Shown: in pieces, positions 10,041 through 24,358 of the stretch
Layout: every line of letters begins with the position of its first letter
How positions within the stretch are numbered: the first letter of the stretch is position 1
Assembly (NCBI GenBank): GCA_030167865.1
Contig: JALAGF010000708.1
Span: forward strand, 1-40,390
From: Craspedostauros australis
Lineage: Eukaryota
Length of the DNA: 40,390 nucleotides
Reading direction: 5' to 3'
Program-made: the position numbers and the translations under genes
The notes under the pieces: model-generated
What the model saw: only the letters and a program-made list of their open reading frames with translations
Databases searched by the model: none
What the model was told of the DNA's origin: nothing

Positions 10041-11885
10041 TTAGACATTGACACTGTCAACGCTCTGCTCGGCAAGTAGCGACTTGTTGGCCTCGAGGAT
10101 CGGATTGATCTCCTCCGCCAAAAACTCAGTGACCTGCTCTGGCGCTCTACCGACGAAGAGCTTTGGATCGACGAGTGTGTCGAGCTTAGAATGGATGGCA
10201 GCGAACAACGGATCCTTGGCGATGCGTTCCAGGAGGTCATTTGGCTTTCCTTCGCCCTTCACGACGGCGCCGGCATCCATGGAGTGAACGCGGATGGCCT
10301 CGTGCAATTCCTGACGATCGCCGCCGGCCTTGACGCCTGTTGGATTTGAATCCAATCGATTTTCGCGAGTACGAGTCCATTGCGCGAGGTATGAATGAGA
10401 TAAACATGACCATGGAAATAAGATTGGAAAGAAATAAGAAGCATCAGAAGATTCGTGTATGAGACATGGCGCATCGTGCATAGGTATATGGTGAGATTGG
10501 TTGGCTCCTCGAAGGTGTGGCATGGGACAAATAGGAAGAGCAGAGTGCGGCATGTCGAGCACATTCTCTCACTTCGTCGCCCGTAATCCAAGCAAATAAT
10601 GGAACGACCAAACCGCAAGATGTGCCATAAAGAATCCGACGCAACGACAAGCAACTGCACTGCACTGTAGGGTACTGCACTTACATTCCATGAGAATGAC
10701 CTCGGTGGACATGAATGGCAGCTCCGCCATGACGTGGGACTTGACGACCTCTGGCCACACGACCATGCCGTCGCTGATGTTGGCGAGCAACGTGAGAATG
10801 ACATCCGTGGCGAGGAAACCTTCTGGCAGGATGATGCGACGGATGGCGGAATCGTCGAGGGTGCGCTCGAACCACTGGTTGGCATGGGTGTTGGCGGCGG
10901 CATTTGGAAGGCCAATCACGTATCTGGCCAACGAACACACGCGCTCACTGCGCATGGGATTTCTCTTGTACGCCATGGCGCTGGAACCGATCTGCTTCTT
11001 CGCGAATGGCTCCTCAACCTCCTTGAGGTTGGCGAGGAGACGGATGTCGCCGCACATCTTGTACGCCGACTGGGCGATGCCGCTGAGCACGCTGAGGATG
11101 GAGAAGTCAATCTTTCGCGTGTAGGTCTGTCCAGACACGGGGATGGCCTTCTTGAAGCCCATGAGCTCGCAAACTCGCTTGTTGAGCGTCTTGACCTTGT
11201 CATGATCGCCGTCGAACAATTCCAGGAAAGATGCCTGCGTACCGGTGGTTCCCTTGACGCCGCGCATGGGCAGGTCCTCGATCTCGCGCTCGATGCGCTC
11301 CAAGTCCAGCACCAGATCCTGCATCCACAAACAACAGCGCTTGCCGACCGTCGTCAGCTGGGCCGGCTGGTAGTGGGTGTACCCCAGCGTCGCGAGGTCA
11401 CGGTGCTTCTCCGCGAAAGCCTTGAGGGTGGAAAGGACCTGGACGAGCTTGCGCTTGACCAGCTTGAGCGCGTCGCGGATCTGAACCAGGTCGGTGTTGT
11501 CACCGACGTAGCAGGACGTGGCGCCGAGATGGATGACCGGCATGGCCTTGGGCGCCACCTCTCCGAAGGCATGGACGTGTCCCATGACATCGTGACGGAA
11601 TTCGGCCTCCTTCTTCGCCGCGAGGTCGAAGTCGACGTCGTAGAGCTTGGTGACCATCTCCTCGAGCTGCTCGTCGGAGATCTCGATTCCAAGCTCCTGC
11701 TCCGCGGTGGCAAGGGCCGTCCAGAGCTTGCGCCAGGTGGTGAACTTCATGGCCGGCGACCAGATGAACGACATTTCCTTGGTGGCATACCGCTGCACCA
11801 ACGGATGCTCGTAGACGCGGTTGTCTGGAAGCGCATCGTCTGGGAATGTGGCTGCCGCCTCGACGAATTTATCTGCGTAGCTCAT
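10041..11885 (-). CDS. ADSL: Adenylosuccinate lyase; exons 11885-10685 and 10336-10041
   Basis: Motifs [56 protein letters not shown] intron 10684-10337 joins ...[17 protein letters not shown] in frame. Confidence 0.97.
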
Positions 11886-12470
11886 CTTTGTTCTTCTTGT
11901 TCTTCTCGTTCTTGTGGCAAGTTGGGACTGTTCGAAATGGGTTGTGGCGAGATGTTGCACCTCTGTTCTGCTGTGATGGGAACGTCGGCAACTCGTGCCA
12001 TGCTTTCGTGGACCCTCCCATCACTGCGCCGCCAACCACGCACCACACCCACCACAACAATCCTGAGTCCACCTATCGTGCCAAAACAAGCACAAAAAAG
12101 AAGATCGTGGAGTTTCTGTTTGGGTGGATGACATGCACGACCGCAAAAAATGGTATCCAAAACGGGTATCCGGACAGGCGATGTTCTGATCCGGTCTGAT
12201 CACCTGAATCGAGGATCTCGAAAACACGATTGGAACTGTGGCGACGACACAGTTTTCTTTGTAGAGAAAACAACACGAGAACAGGAACAGGAAGAACATT
12301 GACAGCAACAGCGATGGCAGCAGCGGCGCCAATCCAAGGCTCAAAGCCTCGACGGAGTCCGTGTGTACGAGGATGCGCACACATAGCTCGTACCATAGTT
12401 GTACAAGAGGAGGAGCACAGAACGGACTCTATTTGATCAACTGTAGCCAGGAAAGCAAGGCGCGAGCAAG

Positions 12471-15240
12471 ATGACATCGATCTACGATCAATTGCACCAG
12501 CAGATCCTGGACCGCAACGCCCGTGAGACGGATCCTTTCTGGTCGATCCACGCCTCCAACCATGATCTGGTGGCGGAGGTGGAGGAGCTGCAATCAAAGT
12601 ACGAAGAGCTGAAACGGATTGGGATGATGCATCCGTCGGGCAAGGGGTCAGCGGACGGCGCTGCTCCCGAACAGGACATGGCAAATCGGGAGTCAGCCGC
12701 GCTGCAGAACGAAGTGAGGCTGCGAGAGCAGCTGGAGAAGCTGCAGGAGGAGCTGTCCAGCACGGAGCAGATGCGCGATGAGGAGAAGACCAAGGTCGCG
12801 GAGACCACGAAGGGGCTGGAGGAGGCGCGCATGCTCAACGCGAAGAAGGACAAGGAGATATCGATCCTGGAGGAGGAACGCGATACCCTGCAGCGTGGGA
12901 TGGATCATCTGACCGGCAAAGTCACGGATGCCGAGGCCAGGATGTCGCTGGCGGAACAGCAGTGTGTCGGTCTCAAGGATTCCATCCGCCTCATGCAGGA
13001 GGAGAATGCGACGGTGGCAAAGTCCAAGGATGACCTCGAGGCGCGGTTTCTCACGGAGAAGACCAAGCTGTCGCAGAGCATTGCGGAACTCATGGACACC
13101 GTGGACGCCTTGAAGAAGGAGGTTAGCACGTTGCATACTTTCCGGCAGAAGCACGACGAGAGAACGAGGTGGCTGGATGATGCGAGGATCATCCAGATAA
13201 AGAAGGCGAAAGATGAAAACGATGATGGAGGGACGGCGTCATCCACGGCGTCATCCACAGCGGCGGCTGCATCAGTGGCACCATCAGCTGCAGCTAAGAC
13301 AGTTCAAGCGCACACAAAGGAGGCCACATCCGCAAGGTCAGTCGGCTTCTTTTCCTCGATCTGGTCATAGCAGGCTCAGTTACGTTCGCCGTCGGTGCGG
13401 AGTCATGGCTCATGTACGTCGGTGCATAGAAATATGCCTGCATGCAGGTGCTTGCTTATCAGTGGATGTGCTCAATACTTGGGTACTCTACACTCGAGTG
13501 AGAGGCTTGAATCGCAACATTCGAAATTACTTCTTGTCTCATCTTCCTCCCTTGCCTTGCCTTACCTTGCGTTGCTCTTGATTTATGGGATGGGTGCGAC
13601 ATTGTTGCGTACAATGCAAACAAATGCTATGTACCACAATTGATGCACAATCATGCGATTGCGCGGACGAAATGTACGGTTCTGCCATGGTGGTCGCAAC
13701 GACGGTCCGCAGATACGACCAAAGCGGAAGCGGCTTAGTCGTGACATGCGGTCCGGATTCGTTGGGGAAAGTTTGGGATGCATCCACCGGCGCACTGCGG
13801 AACATGTTCAAGATTGCTGGCAGCAACTCGCTGTTGACATGCGATATCGCCAACGGCATTGTCCTCTTTGCGGGCGTGGACAAGACTTGTCGCGTGTGGG
13901 AGCTGGAGAATGAACGCATGGTAAGTATTGTGTCCATGCGTACACTCCATTGCTGCCTGTGCGATTGAATTGAAGCGCAATCCAGGCGGTTGTCACTCTT
14001 CCTCGTTTGTTCGGTGTGTGATGTGGCGTTGTGATCTGAAATCCATTCATCTCACTTGAGAATTGTTCGATGTTCTGTCTTCCGTTCGATCAACACCACG
14101 TTCAATATCCTTTGGCAGATCCATCACCTGGTTGGGCACACGGGGACGGTGAATTGCGTGCGGTTGTTTGCGGAGAGCAAGGCTGTCATCACCGGTTCGT
14201 CCGATCGCACTCTGAAAGTGTGGGACATCTCTCGCAACACCTACAAGCAAACAGTATCCTTTTACTACGCTTCGTCGCCGAACTGCATCGATGTTGGCAG
14301 CGATTGGTTGACAGCCATTTCAGGGCATGCCGATGGATATCTGCAATGCTGGGATACGATTAGCGGTCGATCGTTGGGCGGAATGGCAAGTAAGTACGAG
14401 CTTGGGAGCACATATGCTTGCGTTCATGCCAAGGGAGGCTCGTTCATGCTTGTTCGGATTAGTATATCGCATCTCGCATCCAGCGTGTCGCATCCACCAC
14501 ATTTCACACAATCGTAATCCATGGTCTCACCCAATTTGACTCGTTCCAATCCAATCTATTTCACGTCGCTGGACCCCTTCAATTATGATGCAACCATTCA
14601 TCAATCAGAGTTGCACGAAGGTGGAATCACATCCGTACAGTTCCATCCCCAAATTGAAAACCAGATCTTGACACATGGAATGGACTTCTCTCTCAAGATT
14701 GTTGACATCACTAAATGGGCCGTCTTGCAAACATTTGGCAGTCCTGAACTCAAGGTTTCCTACCCAAGAGCGCCAGCATCATTCAGCCCTGATGGTAGGT
14801 GGACGGGTCGGGTCGTTGGCTCATCTCGAGTGTAGAAATGTTGCATGTTGCTGAGTCCATACATGCCAAACCTGCCATTTCATTCGATTTCATTTCGCTC
14901 TCTTTATCTGCTCTGCTTGACACCTTTTCTCACTCCTCGTACGCTCTATAATGCCCATTGTCGCGCTGCGATAACTCACCCTGGGTCCTTCTCTCTCTCA
15001 CCCTTTCTCGCTCTTTCTGTTTCTCTTCGAATACTGTGTACCAATACAGGCAAGTATGTTGGATGTGGATCATCTTTTGGAAATATCTTCGTGTGGAAGA
15101 CGGTTGGAGGGTCCCTCCAATCTGTCTGCAAGGGACACAAAGACAGCGTCCGTGGATTCGGATGGGGTACGGCAGCGACGAAGGAGGGCAGTCATGAGGT
15201 TGTGTCCGTGGACAAGCACGGAGTCATGATTCTGTGGTGA
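12471..15240 (+). CDS. ATG16: ATG16-like autophagy protein (N-terminal helix + coiled coil + 7 WD40); exons 12471-13336, 13713-13920, 14119-14389, 14609-14794, 15050-15240
   Basis: N-terminal IYDQLHQQILDRNARETDPF resembles the ATG5-binding helix. A long coiled coil follows. Four GT-AG introns with matching phases give 7 WD blades (KVWD, RVWE, GH..KVWD, SGHADG..CWD, HEGGITS, FSPDGKYV, GH..ILW*). Confidence 0.85.
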
Positions 15241-15562
15241 GATGCGTGTTGCACCAACGAGTGTGGTTGCAAACATAGGGAGGCGCCATTGATACGAGGA
15301 TAGCCTCTCCCCATTTCTCTCCATTTGAGCAAACTGCGTGGCGCGACGCTGTGTAGGATTGTAAAGTACTCTCTCTCTCTCTATCTACATCGGTTGCATC
15401 ATGGTGTACTCCCTCAAGAACTGTATGGTATGGTATAGTGGCTCGTATTGTATCGTACTACATTGCTGCACTAGAATACTAGAGTATACTATATTGCTTT
15501 CTACTTCCTGAATCAATTCATCGTGTTCGAATGGAGGGAAGCAGACAGGATACAGGTGGCAT

Positions 15563-16521
15563 TTAGGCAAGGTTGAGGCCGATGGCGGCACCCATTGCTC
15601 GGTTGACGTCCATGTCGATCTGGGCCTCGGCCTTCTCGATGGTTCCCTCGGAGGCAGATGCAAAGGCGGACTTGGCGGCTTCGAATTGCGAAGAGACGAC
15701 GGCAGAATCGAGGTCGTCAACCTTGACAGCCTCTGGGCAGATAACATCCTGAAAGAGGACATGGCCGTACGAACGAGGGAGTTGGTCATGATGTGTGGCA
15801 AGATGATGTTGGACGCGTTGAGCACAAACGCGTGCATGGATGGATGCAAGGGACGAAATGAGTGGAACATGTGATGAAGATGTGAGAAGGTGCATGTCAT
15901 GTCACGGCATGTGCGATGGACGAATCATCGGACAAAGATTGCTGCTCTGCAGTGTTGCACCATGGGAGCACTGCTTTGGAAGGAAAGAAGGAAGGAATGA
16001 TGATCTCGCGTGTTTGCTACGGAACTGACAAGCCAAGGCAAGATTCAGTCAGATGCTGCCAATGACAGATGCCTCCAACAATCCAGGAACGTGGCAGACG
16101 GCACTGATGATGGCTAATGCCAGTCAACGGATGGATTCCGTACGATGCGATGCTACGCGATGCAGTCCAACGCGAGCAGACTTACAGTGACGGAATTGGC
16201 ATGTGTCATTGCGTAGCCTCCTGGGATGAAGTACTTTTCGGAATCGGCGGCGCTGCCTTCGTCGTGGATGACCTGGACGACGCCTGGCTTGAGCTGTGCG
16301 ACGTATGGGACGTGGTTGGGGGTGACACCGTACTCTCCCTCCACACCAGGGATGATGACCTGGAAGACGGAGGCTCCGTCGTAGATGGCCTGGTGTGGCA
16401 CGCTGAAGTTGAGCGTGACGGAGGTGGCGGCCTCCGTGGATGCCTCGGTCGCGAACGTGCGGGAGGCGACGGCCCGCTGGGCGACCTTGCGGAAGGATCT
16501 GGAAAGCATGGTGTTCATCAT
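15563..16521 (-). CDS. ATP16: Mitochondrial ATP synthase F1 delta subunit; exons 16521-16186 and 15748-15563
   Basis: Arg/Ser-rich presequence MMNTMLSRSFRKVAQRAVASRTF, then LNFSVPHQAIY...IPGVEGEYGVTPNHVPYVAQLKPGVV...YFIPGG. A phase-0 GT-AG intron leads to DVICPEAVKVDDLD...AEAQI. Confidence 0.95.
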
Positions 16522-17235
16522 GGTTGCAAATGTGCCTCTGCGCTGCGCTCTGTTTGGGTTGGTGTACTTGGCTGTTGGTTGCCGGTCTTGGTGGAGGATC
16601 GGGGAAGGCAGGGAAGCAGCAAACCAGCAAAGCAACAGAGGGGCAGAGACAAAAGGAGAGGGCGGGACACCAAGGTCGATGCGATTGTCGTCTTGTCGGC
16701 GCTTGGTTTCTTGCTGTTGCGTGTGGTCTTGTTGGCGGTGATGACGATGGCAGTTTCGTGTTGATCCTCTTTGTCCTCTTGCCGCTGCTGCCCGTTCTGG
16801 TGTTTGTTGGCGGTTGCGACGATCCCTTCGACCAAATCCAAAGGATCATACTGGCCACAAAGTCGAAGAGGTCGGACGAGCCATCGTTCGCGTGCCTGTT
16901 CGGCAATGCGCGTGTGTTTGTGGTGCGAGGCACCGATGACCTCGGATTTGGGCGAGGATGCTCGACCAATAGGAATGCATCCACCACCACATCCTGTTCC
17001 CCGTAGGAAATCTGCGTTCAATTGTGTACCGCGAAAACCGCGCTTGTTGCCGTCGTCATCATCACAGCCCACCACGAAAACAACGGCCGACAACGAGCCG
17101 TGCAGCACCCGCCTCCTCGATCTCGTAAGGAAACAACGCAACGCAGCGAAAGAGCGCGAACGGCACGACGCTACGCAAAACGACGCAAAGCAGCGCAAGT
17201 GCACACATCGGCACTGTCCACAAAGCAATTCCACC
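16522..17235. promoter_or_regulatory. Putative bidirectional promoter/5'UTRs shared by F1 delta and F1 beta
   Basis: 714 bp between the divergent start codons. CAA-rich UTR-like tracts point outward on each strand. CCAAT at about 16966. Confidence 0.6.
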
Positions 17236-19555
<2,320 letters not shown>

Positions 19556-20246
19556 ATCTAAACTTCCGTACAGATATGTCCACGATATCAAACATTCGGA
19601 ATGCGAAAAAAGTGTCCTGCAGCAGTCGCCCGAACCCATGTCAGCATCTCATCAACAGGTCAATCGTTGGACTGGCTGATGAGCCGAAGTACGTGAATAA
19701 ACGGATGCGTGACCAACCATCGTGCTCCAATCGAACTGATAGCAGAACTTGACTCAATGATTTCTCCAATCTGCTTCGCTGAATCCTCGGAAGTTGTGCT
19801 CTGCGATAGAGCAGAGTAGAGGAGAGTATAACTCTTGTGTGTGAGAAAGCGATCTGCTGTACTCATACCAATACAGTATTCAGGATAATCTCGACGCATC
19901 CATAGGTAGGCAGTTGCAGCGATGCGATGCTCGTCTGTTCACGTTCATGCTGCTGTTTTCATTCTCATGTTTCATGATGTGTTCGTTTCGTGGACGATGA
20001 CGTTGCTGACATCACTTTGATGAACCTTTTGCGCAATCTTTCGTGTTGGTGCTCGCAACGAAGAACCGCTTTCTCGGAAATCGACAAAACACGCACGTCG
20101 TTTCATCCATCACAACAACCTGCATTGCACGATCTACAGTACCATACTATTAGATAATAGAATAGTTGAGACACCATCACACGAAGGCGCGGTCACTCCA
20201 CAAAGCTTGGACACAAGCAAACAAACGCGATCATTGAAGATTACAC

Positions 20247-20939
20247 ATGATGAAGACGCAGATCGCCCGCTATTTGGCCATGATGTGCCTGTGCGCTGCC
20301 ACGACGCAGCTCACAACTGCATTTTCCACGCCTCCCAGAACAACCACAACAACGACGACGACGACGACGACAGCAAAAGCAACACAACGCCTCATGGCCG
20401 TTCCCGCGTCGCAATCGCGCAGAGACGTCCTGCTCACGGGCATCACGGCCTGCCTCGTCGCATCGCCAATTCCAGCTGCTGCGGCCGCCAAGCAGTCACA
20501 GGAAACCATCGACAAGGCCAACATCCTCAAGGGGTATGACCGTCTCGTCTACCTCCTCGACAATTGGGAGAAGGAGACGACGGTCTGCGCCATCGGCGGC
20601 GACAGTCTCGAGAGGCGCTGCGAGCGCACCCCTATCAAGGTCATGGAGTACATGGGATTCAAGGCGACTACGGATCCCTTGTTCAAGGCCGACAAGACGA
20701 TGATGCGCTTGTACGCCGTGGCCCCAGCCGCGCGCGATGGAGAGTACATCGATGCGGTGGAGAGATACACGGAGAATGCTGAGGCGGCCAACGGAATGGC
20801 CTTCATTTCGAGCTGGGGTGAGGCCAATCCAGGTGGTGGCAAGGACCGCGTGCAGCTCTTCATCGAACGCGCGAGGAAGAACGTCATCGTTGCCAAGGAG
20901 AGTCTTGAGACTGCCATCGACATCCTCGAGCTCAAGTGA
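20247..20939 (+). CDS. Plastid thylakoid-lumen protein of unknown function (tripartite presequence)
   Basis: Signal peptide ending TTA-FST (ASAFAP-like), a Thr-rich transit peptide, twin-arginine SRRDVLL plus hydrophobic stretch and AAA cleavage, then a helical mature domain containing WGEANPGGGKD. Confidence 0.8.
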   Translation: MMKTQIARYLAMMCLCAATTQLTTAFSTPPRTTTTTTTTTTTAKATQRLMAVPASQSRRDVLLTGITACLVASPIPAAAAAKQSQETIDKANILKGYDRLVYLLDNWEKETTVCAIGGDSLERRCERTPIKVMEYMGFKATTDPLFKADKTMMRLYAVAPAARDGEYIDAVERYTENAEAANGMAFISSWGEANPGGGKDRVQLFIERARKNVIVAKESLETAIDILELK

Positions 20940-21386
20940 GCTACGAGCAGACGAGTAGTATTCTGTAATTGGTGTACCTGAGTAGAGGAGCATTCGCAAC
21001 ATGCACAAGTGCGCTAATTTCTTGCTTGAGACGAAGATATCCTTGACTGCGGTTGGTAGGCAGAGCTAAATGATACTATACTAATGGAGTGTGGCGAATT
21101 GGAGTTTGATTAATGTCAGCTGGTCGAAGCGCGTATGGTGCGAGCACAGTGCACGATACTCTGCGGCACTGTCCCCATACTTTGCTGGACTGCGCGAAAC
21201 GTCAACGTAGCATTCGTTTTCGTTTGTTCTGCTGTGGCCAGCTTGCCAGCAATGTTGCCACTCGGAAGATAGATTAGTTGGGTTGGACTGGACTCGCCGT
21301 GTGTGAGGTCTCCTTGCGTTGGCACTTCCGCGTCCATCCAACTTAATCAAACCGTTGCCATGCACGAGTAAGATGGACAGGTGATG

Positions 21387-24358
21387 TTATTGCTTCGTCT
21401 TCGATTGTTCATCCGAGTCTGCAGCGTCGCTCGGCCCTGTCAGCTGGCTGTAGAATGATTTAGACTTGCTCACCAAGAAGAAGCCGATGGCCTCGAATAT
21501 CCGTATGATCTTCTCCTGTCGATGTGGGAGTCGATTCATTCGGCATTGCGTTGCATAACGTTGCATTGTATTGTGTGACGGTTGGATATGTGTGGATACA
21601 CGATGAGAAGCAGATCGTTGGACATGAGTGAGTGCAGGCGTTGGTGTATGAAAGCTGTTTTCAATCATGTAGCATGATGCACGGAACCAGCAAACAAGAG
21701 AGGTCATAAACAACGGCAACGGCGACCACGTCGACAAAACAATCACCATTCTCAGACGAATAGAGAGTGCATTCTCGTACCTGCCAGGTCTCGTTGATCG
21801 TAAACTCTGAAAATTCCGTCGTCTCGTACAGCTTGAGGAGGTTCTGCCTTTGCTCCGTGAAGCAGCTTGGGAAGAACTCGGGGAAGACCCGCTGGATGGC
21901 ACCAAACACGAGCACGTGCCCAACAGGCGACAATGGGATGATCAAGATGATCACCACCGGAATAAATGTGATGATATCCTTGAACGTTCGCCTGCGGTTT
22001 ATGTTTGTGCAGGAATATGTAGGATTGGGTGAGCGATCGCACGAATGAGTGTATGAATGCATTGGATGAATGAAGAATGGAAACACAGAGCATGAATTGA
22101 GTCAGTGTGAGATATTCAATGAGACCATTGGCAATCGATATATACATAGTAGAGCTTGTACACGCACATACGCACATACACACACACACACACATTCATT
22201 GACATCTCAAATGCATGTAGGGTACAGTACTCCATACACACCCACTCACCGAATGGTTTGCACTTCACGCGGTTTCAGCGTGTATCCTTGTGCGGCGCGG
22301 GCGATCAGACCCAGACTGTACACAATGTCATCCCAAAACAGCTGGCATCCCTTGATGTAAAAGCCGACACCGTTCTTGGTTTGGGTGACAATGTCGTTGA
22401 GCCACAGCGCGATGGCTTCCCTGTCGAACGTCAATCCGGTTACGTAGTAGTCGATCCCCAGTCGGCGCTTGAAGTCCGTGAGCTGCTCCATGACGACGGC
22501 CAGTATGTCCTCGTCGATGGAACTCTTGCGTTCCAGTTCCTTGTGGAAGCTCTCCACCTGCGATTCCAGCAGGCCGAACTCCGCAACGTTCAAACGATCC
22601 TGCAGTGGGACGTATCCAGTGGATTCTGGGTTGCCCAATTCTGTGACAAGGTAGGCGTAAATCCTCTCCAGCTCGTACACGAGTGTTTGGAAGGAAACGC
22701 TTTGCTCCATCTGCTCCAAGACCAGCGCCGACTCTCGGATGCGGTTGCGCAGAGCGGGGTCCAGCGAGGCCATCTTGACATTCGCGACCGCCTGGCCTGT
22801 GCGGATCCCGCTGCTGAGAAGCGCTGTGTGTTCCCGCTGCATGGTACGTAGCTGCTCCGTGAGCCGCGTCAATTCCTCCCGCCCCGCGATGATCTCTGGC
22901 GTATCCTGAATCTTGGCCGTGACGGTAGGAGGCTTTTCCTCCGACCGCTTGCCTCCCTTCTTCTCCTGCTTGTTGTTTTCGTCGTCCTCGATGGACTTCG
23001 GTGTTCTGCCGTTGATCCGTTGCCAAACTGCACCGCCCAACATCTTCAACGCCTCCCTGTCCTGCAACGCGCCCTCCCAGTCGACCGTGCCGTCGTCGCG
23101 GACGTAGAGCTTGGGTCCCGCTGCCGCGGCATTGGGGGCCTCTGCCTTCGGTATTTCTACCCGAATGCCTGGTATTTCCGGAAGCTTGAGCTCGAAGGAT
23201 GATGCCGACGTATCCGATTCTGCATCGATTTCCATGTTATTGCGCTTGATGCTGTGGTTGAGCGCATTCTTCGTCACGGTGATTCGGCTGTCAGTATCCG
23301 GACGAATTTGCAATCAATGATGGTGGTGAGATGGTGCGTCATTGTACCATAGGTGTACCGTAGATATTGCGGGTAGAGAATAATGAGATTGAATTTGTTG
23401 GATGTGAGAGATGTGACGCAGCGACATGATAGGAAGAGCTGAAAAAGTGAGGATGAATTAGCAGCAACAGCAGCGCAGTATTGTAGAGTACTCTCTCTCT
23501 CTCTCTCTACAGTCGCAAGTGCAATGAAGTTGATGTGAACACTGACGGATGCAAGCACGATGAAACTCACTCGAGGAGCCGCTGCCTTTGCTCGATGTCG
23601 TAGACCACCCGACCCATCCCGCAGTTGTCCAGCAGAACCGGCTGATCCCCTGGCTTTGGCTTGAGGGATTGGCCTCCCACCATGTCGACGATCCTCCCAT
23701 CGAGTATTCCCACGAGCTTTTCATAATCGACTGCCCGCTTCCTTCGTTGCCTGTTCTTTTCTCGTTGCTCTCCGTTGGAAGAATCCGCTGATGCTTCTGT
23801 GGAAGATGATGATCCCGAAACTGAAGATGAGGATGAATCCATGGCTTCCACAGAACATGCAAATTCTGCCGCCGTGAGGTCCTCCAACGTCTCGCGGATC
23901 CACATGTAGTCTTTCAGCCTTCGGAAGCGGCTGACCTCTGCTGTTGGCGATTTCGTCTGTGTCTGTTGTGGCTGCGGCTCTGGCTGCGGTTGCTCTTTGG
24001 TGAGGGCAGGGGCGGAGCCATTGACTTTGGCTTTGGTGTCAACATTGTTGCTACTACTACCAGCACCACCGTTGATATCGCCATCATCGTCACCATCATC
24101 GGAGGAGACTGCATCCGACACCGATGTGGCCGATCCTGAGATATGCAGTGCCGAAAGGAACTGGCGGTTTGGGCAGTGAGTGTAGATGCCGCCTGCTCTT
24201 TGTTGATGAGATGTCGATACCACACATGATGTTCCCACGGCGGAACGCACTGTGGAACGCACGTAAGTTGGTGCCACCAGGCCATTCACGCCATCCTGGA
24301 TCATGCAAGCGGCAAAGATCACCGGCAGCACCGACGCTGCTGCGGATGCCCACTTCAT
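21387..24358 (-). CDS. LETM1-like protein, probably plastid-targeted; exons 24358-23571, 23287-22250, 21991-21781, 21515-21387
   Basis: Spliced C-terminus [57 protein letters not shown] matches the LETM1-type segment of plant chloroplast LETM1-like proteins. N-terminal signal peptide (…VNG-LVAP). Three GT-AG introns with consistent phases. Confidence 0.82.

Noticed and set aside
10734..12131. 465-aa antisense ORF opposite ADSL
   Set aside because: Same codon-bias shadow effect, and it starts at GTG.
4155..15240. SWIM-RING, UBX-like and ATG16 genes as a proteostasis cluster
   Set aside because: They are interspersed with unrelated genes (RPB6, ADSL), and such functions are common enough to co-occur by chance.
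15871..16028. Box C (GTGATGA/ATGATGA) and box D (CTGA)-like words in the ATP16 intron
   Set aside because: They are on the strand opposite the host transcript, with no terminal stem or recognisable rRNA guide.
16104..16128. Hammerhead-like CTGATGA followed by a TGGC-TAAT-GCCA stem (another CTGATGA at about 19676)
   Set aside because: The required GAAA after stem II is absent (GTCA here), and I found no stems I or III.
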